A stretch of 64,000 nucleotides of DNA. Source: the human T2T-CHM13v2.0 reference genome, Homo sapiens. The translations under genes were made by a program, and so were the position numbers. The stretch lies in assembly GCF_009914755.1 (NCBI RefSeq), contig NC_060937.1; one strand, 5' to 3'. Positions 63,108 to 64,000 of the stretch are shown here, piece by piece (the first letter of the stretch is position 1; the number at the start of each line of letters is the position of its first letter). A model generated the notes under the pieces. That model was not told the DNA's origin and did no database searches. It was given only the letters and a program-made list of their open reading frames with translations.

Positions 63108-64000
63108 AATGCAGACATCACAAAGTAGTTTCTCAGATTGCTTCTGTCTAGATTGTATGTGAAGATATTTCTTTTTCTACCATAGACTCCAAAACGATCC
63201 AAATGTCCACTTGCAGATTCTACAAAAAGAGTGTTTCCAAACTGTTCAACCAAAAGAAAGTTCAACTCTGTGAGATGAATGCACGCATCACAAAAAAGTT
63301 TCTCAGAGTTCTTCTGTCTAGTTTTTATGTGAAGATAATTTATTTTCCAATATAGGCCTCAAGGTGCTCGAAATGTCCACTTGCAGGTTCTACAAAAGAA
63401 TATTTCAAAACTGGTCCATCAAAAGAAAGGTTTAACTCTGTGAGATGAATGCAAACATCACAAAGAAGTTTCTCAGATTGCTTCAGTCTAGATGTCATGT
63501 GAAGATATTTCCTTTTCTACCATAGCCTGCAAAACGCTCCAAATGTCCACTTTCAGATTCTACAAAAAGAGAGTTTCAAAACTGTTCCATCAAAAGAAAG
63601 GTCCAACTCTGTCAGATGAATGCACACATCACAAAGAAGTTTCTCTTCTTGCTTCTGTCTAGATTGTATGTGAAGATATTTCTTTTTCCACCATACACCT
63701 CAAAGCACTCCAAATGTCCACTTGAAGATTCTATAAAAAGAGAGTTTCAAAGCTCTTCAATCAGAAGAAAGGTTCAACTCTGTGAGATGAATGCACACTT
63801 CACAAAGAAGTTTCTCAGATTTCTTCTGTATAGATTTTATGTTATGATATTTCTTTTTCTACCATAGGCCTCAAAGCGCTCCAAATGTCCACTTGCAGAT
63901 TCTACAAAAAGAGAGTTTCAAAACTTCTGAATTAAAAGAAAGGTTTAACTCTGTGAGATGAATGAACACATCACTAGGAAGTTGCTCAGATTGCTTCTGT
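63108..64000 (-). repeat. Alpha satellite, layer C type, original orientation resumed
   Basis: aatgcagacatcacaaagtagtttctcagattgcttctgtctagatt follows the junction. Confidence 0.92.

Overview
Human pericentromeric transition region with no intact genes and no evidence of a new protein-coding system. An AluYb-lineage insertion supports human origin. Positions 1-10160 are nested retroelements: a minus-strand, internally deleted L1PA4-like element with a complete 5'UTR, an old L1M interrupted by an older L1PA, four Alus, and a MER76-like LTR with internal sequence. Positions ~10161-64000 are divergent ~171-bp alpha satellite in which I saw no CENP-B box. It is organised into distinct monomer layers, one of them dimeric, switches orientation twice (~51370 and ~63107), contains local 3-, 4-, 5- and 10-monomer duplications, and carries three young L1PA2/3 insertions and one AluYb. 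The ORF-track entries are L1 remnants or repeat artefacts. The best observations are structural: three twin-priming L1 inversions, two non-reciprocal satellite inversion junctions with mirror-image layers, and incipient higher-order repeats concentrated in the inverted block. Subfamily calls are by eye from recalled consensus sequences and need RepeatMasker/HMM confirmation.
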